This document shows positions 51,440-59,275 of a DNA stretch of 64,000 nucleotides, piece by piece (the stretch's first letter is position 1; every line of letters starts with the position of its first letter). The stretch is taken from the NCBI GenBank assembly GCA_964535025.1, contig CAZHRW010000198.1:4300-68299 (forward strand), in the 5' to 3' direction. The translations under genes and the position numbers were made by a program. The stretch comes from an uncultured Planctomycetales bacterium. Its GTDB lineage: Bacteria; Planctomycetota; Phycisphaerae; SM23-33; FEN-1343. The notes under the pieces are model-generated. The model searched no databases and was not told the DNA's origin. It worked only from the letters and a program-made list of their open reading frames with translations.

Positions 51440-53787
51440 TGGTACGGATACTGACCGTGTCGGCTCTGCTGGCGGCGCCGCTGACGGCGGCGACCCGGCC
51501 GGCCGGCGACCCGGCCGCCGAGTCCCCGGCGGCGGCCCGCGCGCTGGCCGACGGGCTTGTCGGCGCGGCGGCGCCGGGCTACTTGCCCGAGGACGTGGCC
51601 GCCTCCCTGCGCCGGGCCGTCGTCCTGACCGCCTTGGCGGTCCGCCTGGACCGCGACCACGCCCGCGCCTGGCGGGTCCGCGCCGAGGCGCTGAACGCCC
51701 TGGACGACTATGCCGCCGCCGCCGAGGCCGAGGCGCACCTGCTTCGCCTGGGCAAGGGGCGCGATTACGGCGCCGGCGCCCGCCACATCCGCTACCGGCT
51801 GGCGGCGCTGGACACCGCCGAGCAGCGCGTGTCGATGCTCGAGCGGCTCGCCGCGGATCCGTCGTGGTCCGAGGCCTTGCGCGCGTTGGCGGTGGCGAAT
51901 CTCGGCGCCGTCGCCGAAGGCCGCGGGCGGATGGACGAGGCCCTGGCGCTCTACCGCCGCGCGCTGACGCTGGACGCCACGCAGCAGGCGGCCCTGGGGG
52001 GGCAGGCACGGCTGTCGGGCGAGACGGGGGCGACGGCGCGGACCGAGGTGTCGCTGGGGCTGTTGCGGGGCAATCCGCTGGCGATCAACGTGGCGTGGGA
52101 GACCGGCCAGATCTGTCGCGACGTGGGCCTGCATGCCCAGGCGGTGGGTTTCTACGATTACGCCGCCGCCGTCGCCGGCGCCACGGGCCGGTCGGTCAGC
52201 CGCGTCTTTCAGCGGGACCACCTCGACGCCCTCATCGACGCCGGGGCCTACCGCCGCGCCACGAGCGAGTTCACCGCCATCATCGGCGAGCAGCTCACCG
52301 ACGTGACGATGGCGACACTGCTGCTCGAAGCCCACCGCAAGCTCGGCGACGCCGAGCAGGTTCAATCGCTCTTGGAGCGGCTCAAGGACGCCTACGAACC
52401 CCTCGAGGCGGCGGCCCGGGCCGACGGGACGATGGCGGCGGAGGCGGCGTGGTACCACCGAATCTGCCGTCAGCGGCACCGCACGGCGATGAACTGGGCG
52501 GCCCTCGCACTGAGGGCGGCGCCGGACGATCCGCTGGTTCGGCGGGTGTGGGCGGTAACGCACCTGCGAAGTGACCAGGCCGATCGGGCGCGGGAGATGC
52601 TCAAAACGCTCGCCGCCCACGATCTCGATGCGGTGACGGCCCTGCTCGACGATGCCCTGCTCCGCGGGGACCGCGACGCCGCGGCACGCTGGCTGGAGAC
52701 GGCCGGGACCTTCAGCCGGCGCGGGGCGGCGTGGCGCCGCCTGCTGGAGGTCGTCGACAAGCATAAGAGCTCACCGCCGCCGCCGATGCCCGCCGCCGAC
52801 GAAGTCCAGGCCCGCGTCGAGACCTTCCTCGATGGGCCCACCCTGGCGATAGGCCGCGCGCCGCACAAGGCACTGGGCGTAACGGTCGAGCCGGTCGCCG
52901 CCCGGATCCACCCCGGCACCGATCCGGCGGTCGTCGTTACGCTGACCAACCTGACCTCGGCGCCGGTGCCGATCGGCGAGTGGGGGCTGCTGGAGAGCCG
53001 GGCGATGCTCACGGTGCGGATGACCGCCCCGGACGAAGGGCGGCAGTGGACCCAGCAGGTTCCCGTCGCCTGGCCGGCGCCCCGCTGGCTGGCCGGCGGC
53101 GAGTCGGTCCGCCAGGTGGTCTCGCTCAACACCGGCGAGGTCCGCCGGGCGATGAGCTACCGCCCCCTCAGCCGTCTGACGTTCTCGGTCGAGACGATCC
53201 TCGAACCCGTGCGACGCAACGACCAGCTCGTCTCGGGTCTGCCGGCCCTGACGGTCGAGCCGGCGACGATTGTCCGACAGCCGCTGCTGGACGACCAGAC
53301 GCCCACGGCTTACTACGAGGCGCTCAAGGAGCTCGTCGGCCGGTTGACGGGCGAGGATCCCGTCGAGGCGATGCGGGCGGCCGAGACGACGGTGTCGCTG
53401 CTGGCGCTGGCCGAGAAAACCCGCGGCGGCGAAACCGGTCCGGCCGGCAAGCTGGGCAGCCACCTCCAGGAGTCGCACCTCCTGGCGATGCTCCGCTACG
53501 CTCTCCAGGAGGCCCACCCCGCCGTCCGCGCCCGCACGCTGGCGGCGATGGAACGCCTGACCCTCACGCCCCTGATGACCCGACTGGTCAGCCCCTGCCT
53601 GGGGCAGTCGTCCGGCACCGTCCGCGCCCTGGCCCTCCAGCGCCTCGTCGACGTCGCCGACGGCCAACCCACCCCCGCCCTGAAGGCCTTCGCCGAGAAA
53701 GACCCCGATCCGCTGGTCGGCCAAATGGCCGAGGCGCTGATGGGGACGACGGCCGAGGCCGAGGACACGACGGCGGACGGCGACTGA
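51436..53787 (+). CDS. secreted TPR / HEAT-repeat protein (784 aa)
   Basis: ATGA overlap with the upstream gene. Signal peptide MMVRILTVSALLAAPLTAAT. TPR-like repeats (RALTLDATQQAALGG). HEAT-like C-terminal region. Confidence 0.5.
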   Translation: MMVRILTVSALLAAPLTAATRPAGDPAAESPAAARALADGLVGAAAPGYLPEDVAASLRRAVVLTALAVRLDRDHARAWRVRAEALNALDDYAAAAEAEAHLLRLGKGRDYGAGARHIRYRLAALDTAEQRVSMLERLAADPSWSEALRALAVANLGAVAEGRGRMDEALALYRRALTLDATQQAALGGQARLSGETGATARTEVSLGLLRGNPLAINVAWETGQICRDVGLHAQAVGFYDYAAAVAGATGRSVSRVFQRDHLDALIDAGAYRRATSEFTAIIGEQLTDVTMATLLLEAHRKLGDAEQVQSLLERLKDAYEPLEAAARADGTMAAEAAWYHRICRQRHRTAMNWAALALRAAPDDPLVRRVWAVTHLRSDQADRAREMLKTLAAHDLDAVTALLDDALLRGDRDAAARWLETAGTFSRRGAAWRRLLEVVDKHKSSPPPPMPAADEVQARVETFLDGPTLAIGRAPHKALGVTVEPVAARIHPGTDPAVVVTLTNLTSAPVPIGEWGLLESRAMLTVRMTAPDEGRQWTQQVPVAWPAPRWLAGGESVRQVVSLNTGEVRRAMSYRPLSRLTFSVETILEPVRRNDQLVSGLPALTVEPATIVRQPLLDDQTPTAYYEALKELVGRLTGEDPVEAMRAAETTVSLLALAEKTRGGETGPAGKLGSHLQESHLLAMLRYALQEAHPAVRARTLAAMERLTLTPLMTRLVSPCLGQSSGTVRALALQRLVDVADGQPTPALKAFAEKDPDPLVGQMAEALMGTTAEAEDTTADGD

Positions 53788-53797
53788 GGCGTCATCG

Positions 53798-54319
53798 TCA
53801 GAAGTCTTTCGAACAGCCGATCTGCCGTGCGGGAACGCCGGCCATGACGGCGTAGTCGGGCGTGTCGGTGGTGACGACGGCGTTGGCGGCGATGAGGTTG
53901 GCACGGCCGATGCGGACGCCGGCGGTGACGGTAACGCCCGAGGCCAGCCACGTGCCGTGGGCGATGACGATGGGGCCCCGCTTGTGGGGCGCGCTGAAGT
54001 CGTCGCGTTCGGGGTTGAAGCGGTGGTCGCCGCCGGTGACGGTGCAGTGCGGGCCGATCAGGACGAGATCCTCCAGCGTGATGTGCCCGCCGCCGATGTA
54101 GGTCCACAGGCCGACGTAGACGTCGTCGCCGATGACGAGGTTGTCCGGGTAGGGTAGCGTCGCCCCCGGCGCCAGCCGCAGCCGCTTGCCGCACGACTTG
54201 GTGTACGGCGCGACCAGCGCCCCGCGGCGGAGGTTGTCCTCGTCCTTGTTGCTCAGCAGAATGTAACGATCGAACTGGTCGCGGATCGCCGGGTCCAGCT
54301 CGTGGTGGGGCAGGGGCAT
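53798..54319 (-). CDS. hexapeptide-repeat (LbH) sugar O-acetyltransferase, maltose/galactoside acetyltransferase-like
   Basis: Left-handed beta-helix repeats (IGDDVYVG, IGPHCTV, IAHGTWLASGVTVTAGVRIGRANLIAANAVV). Confidence 0.75.
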   Translation of the reverse strand: MPLPHHELDPAIRDQFDRYILLSNKDEDNLRRGALVAPYTKSCGKRLRLAPGATLPYPDNLVIGDDVYVGLWTYIGGGHITLEDLVLIGPHCTVTGGDHRFNPERDDFSAPHKRGPIVIAHGTWLASGVTVTAGVRIGRANLIAANAVVTTDTPDYAVMAGVPARQIGCSKDF

Positions 54320-54368
54320 CGTTCTACCTCGTTGGTTCGCCCGGGAAGCTCAAAGCCAAGGCCCAGTC

Positions 54369-54547
54369 TAAAGCACGAAATCCGAAGCACGAAATCCGAA
54401 ACAAACGGAAAAACGGACAAGACGGCAAGGCCCCGAACGGGCAAGCCGGAACGCAGCTTTTCGTCTGTCTGCCGTTTGTCTTGTCGTTTGTCCGTTTTGC
54501 TGTTTCGGATTTGTTTCGTATTTCGAGCTTCGAATTTCGGATTTCTA
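54369..54547. repeat. AT-rich composite hairpin repeat, longest copy with a nested inner palindrome
   Basis: AAAGCACGAAATCCGAAGCACGAAATCCGAAACAAACGG ... CGGATTTGTTTCGTATTTCGAGCTTCGAATTTCGGATTT. Inner palindrome AAACGGACAAGACGGCA / TGCCGTTTGTCTTGTCGTTTGTCCGTTT. Abuts the stop codon at 54545-54547. Confidence 0.6.
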
Positions 54548-55663
54548 TCCACCACGCGCGGCGCGCACCAGGATGAGCGCCAGGTCGCTGATCGCCCAGA
54601 TCTGGCGCAGCTCGTCGGCGACGGCGCCGTCCTCGTTGAGCAGCAGCCCCGTGTCCGGATCGGCGAGCCGCTCGGCGACGAACCGCAGCCGTCGCAGGCC
54701 CGCGGCGGTCGCGTCGGCGACGTCGGCGAGGGCGGCGGCGGCCGAGGGGAGCATCAGCAGTTGCGTCCCGACGAAATCCCTGCGGGCCTCGTGCGACCAG
54801 TCGAGCCGTCCGTCCTCGTCGGTGACGGCCGCCAGGGTCGCCATCGCGTCGGCCAGCAGCGCCGCCGGCATCGCGGCGGGGCGGGCACGGTAGAGCGGCT
54901 CCATGTACAGGGCCGTCATCGCCTGGTAGAGGATCGACTCGGCCGCCAGCCGCGAGCGGTCGTCGAGTTTCTCGTTGTAGACCCACCAGCCGTCGACGTG
55001 GGCGCCGAAGCGTGCGGCAAGGTTCCCCACGAACATCGCGGCCTGGTCGATCAGGACCGGTTCGCCGAGGATCGTCGCCCCGCGGCAGTAGGCGGTGATG
55101 GCCAGGGCGTTGCCGTTGAGGATGTCGACGGTCTGGTAATCGGCGGTCCGTCGCGCGCCGGGATGGTCGGGGTCGGCGGCGCGTTTCTGGATGATCCCGG
55201 GGTGGTCCGGCTGGTGCATCGTGTCGAGGAAGGCGATCGCCCGCCGCGTCGAGCGGAGGATCCCGTCGCGGACGTCGGCGGGGAGGGCGTCGCCGCCGAG
55301 GGCCAGGGCGTAGCTGTAGGTATCGAGCACGGTCCCCAGGTCGACCTGGTCGGTCTCCCACTGGCCGTAGTTCCATACGAACCGCCCGTCGTCGCCCTGG
55401 CGGTCCAGCGCGTGGCGCAGCAGCGCGGCGGCCACGTCGAGCCGCCCGGCCACGAGGAACCCCATCGCCACGTCGCACGTCAGGCGGCTCGACGGGGGCG
55501 TGTCGGCCGTCACCGTCAGCCGTTCGATCGCCGGGAACGTTCCGTAGGGCAGCCACGCCCGGTCGCCCTCCCAGGCCAGTCGCGGCTGGACGTAACCGAT
55601 CAGCCCGTCCAGCAGCGGGCGGGCCAGGGGCGTCATCTCGCGGAGGTCGTCGGTGGCGGTCAT
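54545..55663 (-). CDS. hypothetical protein (372 aa), translationally coupled to the upstream Gfo/Idh/MocA gene
   Basis: ATGA overlap at 55660-55663. No recognised motif; Ala/Leu-rich. Confidence 0.5.
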   Translation of the reverse strand: MTATDDLREMTPLARPLLDGLIGYVQPRLAWEGDRAWLPYGTFPAIERLTVTADTPPSSRLTCDVAMGFLVAGRLDVAAALLRHALDRQGDDGRFVWNYGQWETDQVDLGTVLDTYSYALALGGDALPADVRDGILRSTRRAIAFLDTMHQPDHPGIIQKRAADPDHPGARRTADYQTVDILNGNALAITAYCRGATILGEPVLIDQAAMFVGNLAARFGAHVDGWWVYNEKLDDRSRLAAESILYQAMTALYMEPLYRARPAAMPAALLADAMATLAAVTDEDGRLDWSHEARRDFVGTQLLMLPSAAAALADVADATAAGLRRLRFVAERLADPDTGLLLNEDGAVADELRQIWAISDLALILVRAARGG

Positions 55664-56808
55664 GGTGCGATGCCTGCCTTCTCCCACAGGGGCCGGACGT
55701 CCACGACCCGCCCGGTGTCGGTCGCCTCGTCGATGGCGAAGCACGTGATCGCCGAGCGGAGGCCCTCTTCCAGCGACGCGGCCGGGACGCCGCCGTCGCG
55801 CATGGCGGCGAGCAGTTCGTTGATGAGCACCGTGTCCCCGCCGCCATGGCCGCCGCCGGGGTTGTCGTAGAGGTGGCTCGGCTCGTTCCAGCCGATCCGT
55901 CGGACCTCGAGCTTGCCGGTGATCACGTCGGCGCGGATCGCCCCCTCGGTGCCGAGGAGGTACATCCGCCGTTCGGGCAGGCCGGCCAGGGCGCTGGCGT
56001 GGAACGTGGCGCGGACGCCGTTGGCGAACTGCATGATCGCCACCTGGTTGTCGAGGATGTCCTTGTCGGAGGTGAACGGGTCGGTGCAGTCGGTGTAGCG
56101 CTGCCAGAGGCTGAAGGCGGGAACGCCGGCGGGGTTGGGGCCGATCCGGTCGACCTCGCCGACGTGGGCCGGGACGAAGTAGTCCAGGCCGCCGAACCCC
56201 GCCACCGTCAGCGGCAGCGACCCGACCATCCAGATCGCCAGGTCGATGTCGTGGCAGCATTTCTCCAGCAGGTGCGAGCCGGCGTACTTCGTCAGCCGTC
56301 GCCAGTCCTGGTGGATGAACCCGCCGTGGTTGAATTCGAGCGTCTCGTTGAACTCGAAGCTGAGGATCCGCCCGATCGCCCCCTCGTCCAGCAGGCGTCG
56401 GATCGTGCGGTAGTGGGGGGCGTGGCGGAGCGTGAAGCCCATGTAGAACGTCCGGCCGGTGCGGTCGCGGGCGGCCTTCATGGCCAGGCAGTCGTCCAGC
56501 GTCGTCGCCAGCGGCTTTTCGCAGAAGACGTCCTTGCCCGCCTCCATCGCCGCGACGGCGTGCTCGCGGTGGAAGCAGTTGTACGACCCGATCATCACCC
56601 AATCCACGTCCGGCGCCGCGACCAGCTCGCGGTAATCCTCGTACACCCTGGCCTGCGGGTTCAACGCCTGCTTCGACGCCTCGATCGACCGCGGCTGCGT
56701 GTCGCACAGGGCCGTGACGGTCACGTTCGGATCCCGCTGGATCAGCAGCCGCGCCAGCCCGCGCACGCGCCCGCCGCACCCGATGATGCCCACACCGACT
56801 GTACTCAT
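55660..56808 (-). CDS. Gfo/Idh/MocA family oxidoreductase
   Basis: VGVGIIGCGG Rossmann N-terminus, EKP motif. AAGGAG ribosome-binding site upstream of the ATG at 56808. Confidence 0.8.
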   Translation of the reverse strand: MSTVGVGIIGCGGRVRGLARLLIQRDPNVTVTALCDTQPRSIEASKQALNPQARVYEDYRELVAAPDVDWVMIGSYNCFHREHAVAAMEAGKDVFCEKPLATTLDDCLAMKAARDRTGRTFYMGFTLRHAPHYRTIRRLLDEGAIGRILSFEFNETLEFNHGGFIHQDWRRLTKYAGSHLLEKCCHDIDLAIWMVGSLPLTVAGFGGLDYFVPAHVGEVDRIGPNPAGVPAFSLWQRYTDCTDPFTSDKDILDNQVAIMQFANGVRATFHASALAGLPERRMYLLGTEGAIRADVITGKLEVRRIGWNEPSHLYDNPGGGHGGGDTVLINELLAAMRDGGVPAASLEEGLRSAITCFAIDEATDTGRVVDVRPLWEKAGIAP

Positions 56809-56952
56809 GGGTCACTCCTTGGCTTGGTGAAGGATGCGTCGAGCATACGTGCCGCGCCGACGGAGGGCAACCCCCTTCAGGCCGGAGGTGTCAGACCTTG
56901 CGGTGCGGCGGCGGGGTACGGCGGGTCGGCCGCGTCCCATGAGCGTCGCCGC

Positions 56953-57333
56953 TCAGTTTTCCGCTTCCCACGCGTCCTCGTCCCACGCCTCGTCGTCGTC
57001 CTCGTCGTCTTCGGGGAACTCGACGGGCATCCAGTCGATGACGGTGCCGCCGCTGAGGGGGTAGTACGGGCTCACCAGCCAGTTGTGGCCGTCTTCCCAG
57101 GTGACGCGGAATTCGCGGACGATGAACGTCTTGTCCTCGTGGATGTCGTACAGTTCGTCGTCGAGGTCCGGCACGGGGTCGAACAGGTAGAGTTGTTCGA
57201 GGACCTCGGCCTTCTTGTCCTCCGGGATGATGTACTCCTCGACGACCGCGTCGTGGACCTTCAGCGGCCGCGTGGGAAAGGGGAGCTTGGCGTCGGCGTT
57301 GAACCCGGCATGGCCATCAGCGGCTCGGATCAT
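56953..57333 (-). CDS. hypothetical acidic protein (126 aa)
   Basis: AGGGAGACACCC ribosome-binding site. C-terminal tail EFPEDDEDDDEAWDEDAWEAEN. Confidence 0.45.
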   Translation of the reverse strand: MIRAADGHAGFNADAKLPFPTRPLKVHDAVVEEYIIPEDKKAEVLEQLYLFDPVPDLDDELYDIHEDKTFIVREFRVTWEDGHNWLVSPYYPLSGGTVIDWMPVEFPEDDEDDDEAWDEDAWEAEN

Positions 57334-57534
57334 GGGTGTCTCCCTGTGTCGGTCGATGTGCTGCCTCCCGTCGTGAATAGGATCGAGTGGGGATTGTCCG
57401 CCCTTGTCGCCACGGCGTCAAGGGGTTCGGCGGCGTGGCGCGGGGGCGGGTGGGCGACCTCGTCAACCGCGTCGAGGCCTTAGCGAGACCTGCAGCGTTG
57501 CGATCATCATGAGGCGTCGAGCCTGTCCGCGGGT

Positions 57535-57711
57535 TCACAACCCGAGCTGCTTCTCGATGAGTCGGACCAGGCTCTCTTTGATCTCGGAGTGGCGAGGCAC
57601 GGGCGCACGTCGGCCTGTGGAGGGATTGGCGTAGATGTCGTGCCGCTTGCCATGACGATGGAGATAGCAGCCGCGCTTAACAAGCGAGCGGATGAAGCTG
57701 CCTCGTTTCAC
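57535..57711 (-). CDS. hicA: HicA-family mRNA interferase toxin (58 aa; below the ORF-track cutoff)
   Basis: Hand translation: (GTG)KRGSFIRSLVKRGCYLHRHGKRHDIYANPSTGRRAPVPRHSEIKESLVRLIEKQLGL. GTG start overlaps the hicB stop (GTGTGA). Confidence 0.65.
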   Translation of the reverse strand: MKRGSFIRSLVKRGCYLHRHGKRHDIYANPSTGRRAPVPRHSEIKESLVRLIEKQLGL

Positions 57712-57914
57712 ACTTCGACCCCAAGCTCCAGCGTCTGTGCACCGGCGTGGGCAGGCTCGGACTCGGTTTCGAGCATCATTCGATAGGCATCGGCAATGTT
57801 CTCTTTCAGCTCATCCAGGGTCTCTCCCTGGCTGAACACGCCAGGCACTTCCCGGAACCTGCCGACGAACCAGTCATCGTCCTGCCAGTACTCCAGCGTG
57901 AAAACGCGTTTCAT
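57708..57914 (-). CDS. hicB: HicB-family antitoxin (N-terminal UPF0150 domain only, 68 aa)
   Basis: MKRVFTLEYWQDDDWFVGRFREVPGVFSQGETLDELKENIADAYRMMLE matches the HicB N-terminal domain pattern. Confidence 0.6.
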   Translation of the reverse strand: MKRVFTLEYWQDDDWFVGRFREVPGVFSQGETLDELKENIADAYRMMLETESEPAHAGAQTLELGVEV

Positions 57915-58167
57915 TGTGCCGTCACCTCGCCAAGTGCTCTACCATAATGTTCGCCATGGCTCGAATCGATGTCCCGACGTCCGCAGCGGAAGGAGCCGGA
58001 CACGCCACTCGGGCCGCGAAACGGCTTGAAGAAGAGAACAGGTGAGCACCCTTCGACTCGCTGGGCTCGCTCAGGGCTCAGGAGACCGCAGGTGAGGCGA
58101 GATAGAAGCAGCTTTCGCGAATGCCGTTGCCGTTATCCGTTCTCTCCTGCTCTCCTGATCGACTGCT

Positions 58168-58200
58168 CAGCTGCTCTAGTCAGAAGGCCCGTCAGAGACG
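58168..58200 (-). terminator. perfect hairpin immediately 3' of tRNA-Pro
   Basis: TCAGAAGGCCCGTCagaGACGGGCCTTCTGA (15-bp stem, 3-nt loop). Confidence 0.4.
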
Positions 58201-58201
58201 G

Positions 58202-58276
58202 GCCTTCTGACTCGGGGCGACTGGATTTGAACCAGCGACCTCCTGACCCCCAGTCAGGCACGCTAACCAAGCTGCG
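58202..58276 (-). tRNA. tRNA-Pro (anticodon GGG)
   Basis: Minus-strand cloverleaf CGGGGCGTGGCGCAGCTTGGTTAGCGTGCCTGACTGGGGGTCAGGAGGTCGCTGGTTCAAATCCAGTCGCCCCGA. Confidence 0.85.
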
Positions 58277-58388
58277 CCACGCCCCGTGGGTGTCGGCGGC
58301 AGGCCGACGACCCACTATTGTACCGGCGGGGCGGCCGGGCTGCAAGATGGGGCGGTGGGCGAAAATGATGGGTTTTTTTCGCGGTCGC

Positions 58389-58763
58389 CTACGCCTCCGT
58401 GGGGGCCGGACGGCCGGTGGCGTCGGTGTAGTACCAGCGGCCGGTGTCGAAGTCGAAGTTGTAATGCTGGCGGCACTTGAAGACGGCGACCGATTCGGGC
58501 AGGTGCTGGTAGTAGTGGTCGCTGTCGTCGAAGAGGACCTCGATGCCGCGGTCGAGGATGTAGTTGTGCTTGTCGGGCGTGATCGCCAGGTGGTGGTAGC
58601 GGATGCCCAGGTCCGCCAGCAGCTTGCGTGTCGCCTCGTCGAGGGCGGGGTGGCGGTCGGTGAGGATGTGGATCTCGTGGTCGTCGACCAGCGCCGCGGT
58701 CAGTACGCGGAAGAAGACCGGGTAAGCGGTGATCGTGGCGTCGATATCGATGGCGATCCGCAT
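58389..58763 (-). CDS. HAD-superfamily hydrolase-like small protein
   Basis: Starts MRIAIDIDATI (HAD motif I DxDxT). 124 aa. Confidence 0.5.
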   Translation of the reverse strand: MRIAIDIDATITAYPVFFRVLTAALVDDHEIHILTDRHPALDEATRKLLADLGIRYHHLAITPDKHNYILDRGIEVLFDDSDHYYQHLPESVAVFKCRQHYNFDFDTGRWYYTDATGRPAPTEA

Positions 58764-58940
58764 GGGTTGCGTCTCCCTTGCCCGGCCCCCCTATTGTAGG
58801 CCGCCCGTGCGGCGCGGGCCGCGCAGGGGCACAAGGAACGTTGAACCTTGCGTTCGCTGATGATACGATGAATGACGCCCGCGACGGCCGCGGCGCGGTC
58901 CGCGCCGGCGGCGGGTGCCTCTGACGAAAACGGGAAGGCG

Positions 58941-59204
58941 ATGCGGATACAGGCATTCCAGGAGTTCATCCGGGCCAGGTACGGGCAGCGCGACGCGGAG
59001 CGCGGCACGCCGGCGACGTTTCTGTGGTTCGTCGAGGAGGTCGGCGAGCTGGCCAGTGCGCTGGCCGGGGACGACCAGGCCAACAAGGTCGAGGAATTCG
59101 CCGATGTCCTGGCATGGCTGTGCACGCTGGCGAACATCAACGGCGTGGACCTGACCGAAGCGGTCGAGAAGTACACCGTCAAGGGCGTGGAGGGGTACAA
59201 GTAG
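58941..59204 (+). CDS. MazG-like nucleotide pyrophosphohydrolase domain protein
   Basis: EFQEFIRARYGQRD...LWFVEEVGELASAL...EEFADVLAWL matches the MazG/HisE-type fold. GGGAAGG ribosome-binding site upstream of the ATG at 58941. Confidence 0.6.
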   Translation: MRIQAFQEFIRARYGQRDAERGTPATFLWFVEEVGELASALAGDDQANKVEEFADVLAWLCTLANINGVDLTEAVEKYTVKGVEGYK

Positions 59205-59275
59205 TGAAGGCATGACCCGCACCGCCGGCCGGATCGCCGCCGTCGCGGTCGCCGGGCCGGATGAGGGGAGACGTC

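Noticed and set aside
54302-55870. Alternative-frame ORFs 54302..55870 (+) and 54324..55847 (-)
   Set aside because: Off-frame to the 54545-55663 and 55660-56808 genes, which show ATGA coupling and, for the latter, Rossmann motifs. The sequences are Arg/Pro/Gly-rich.
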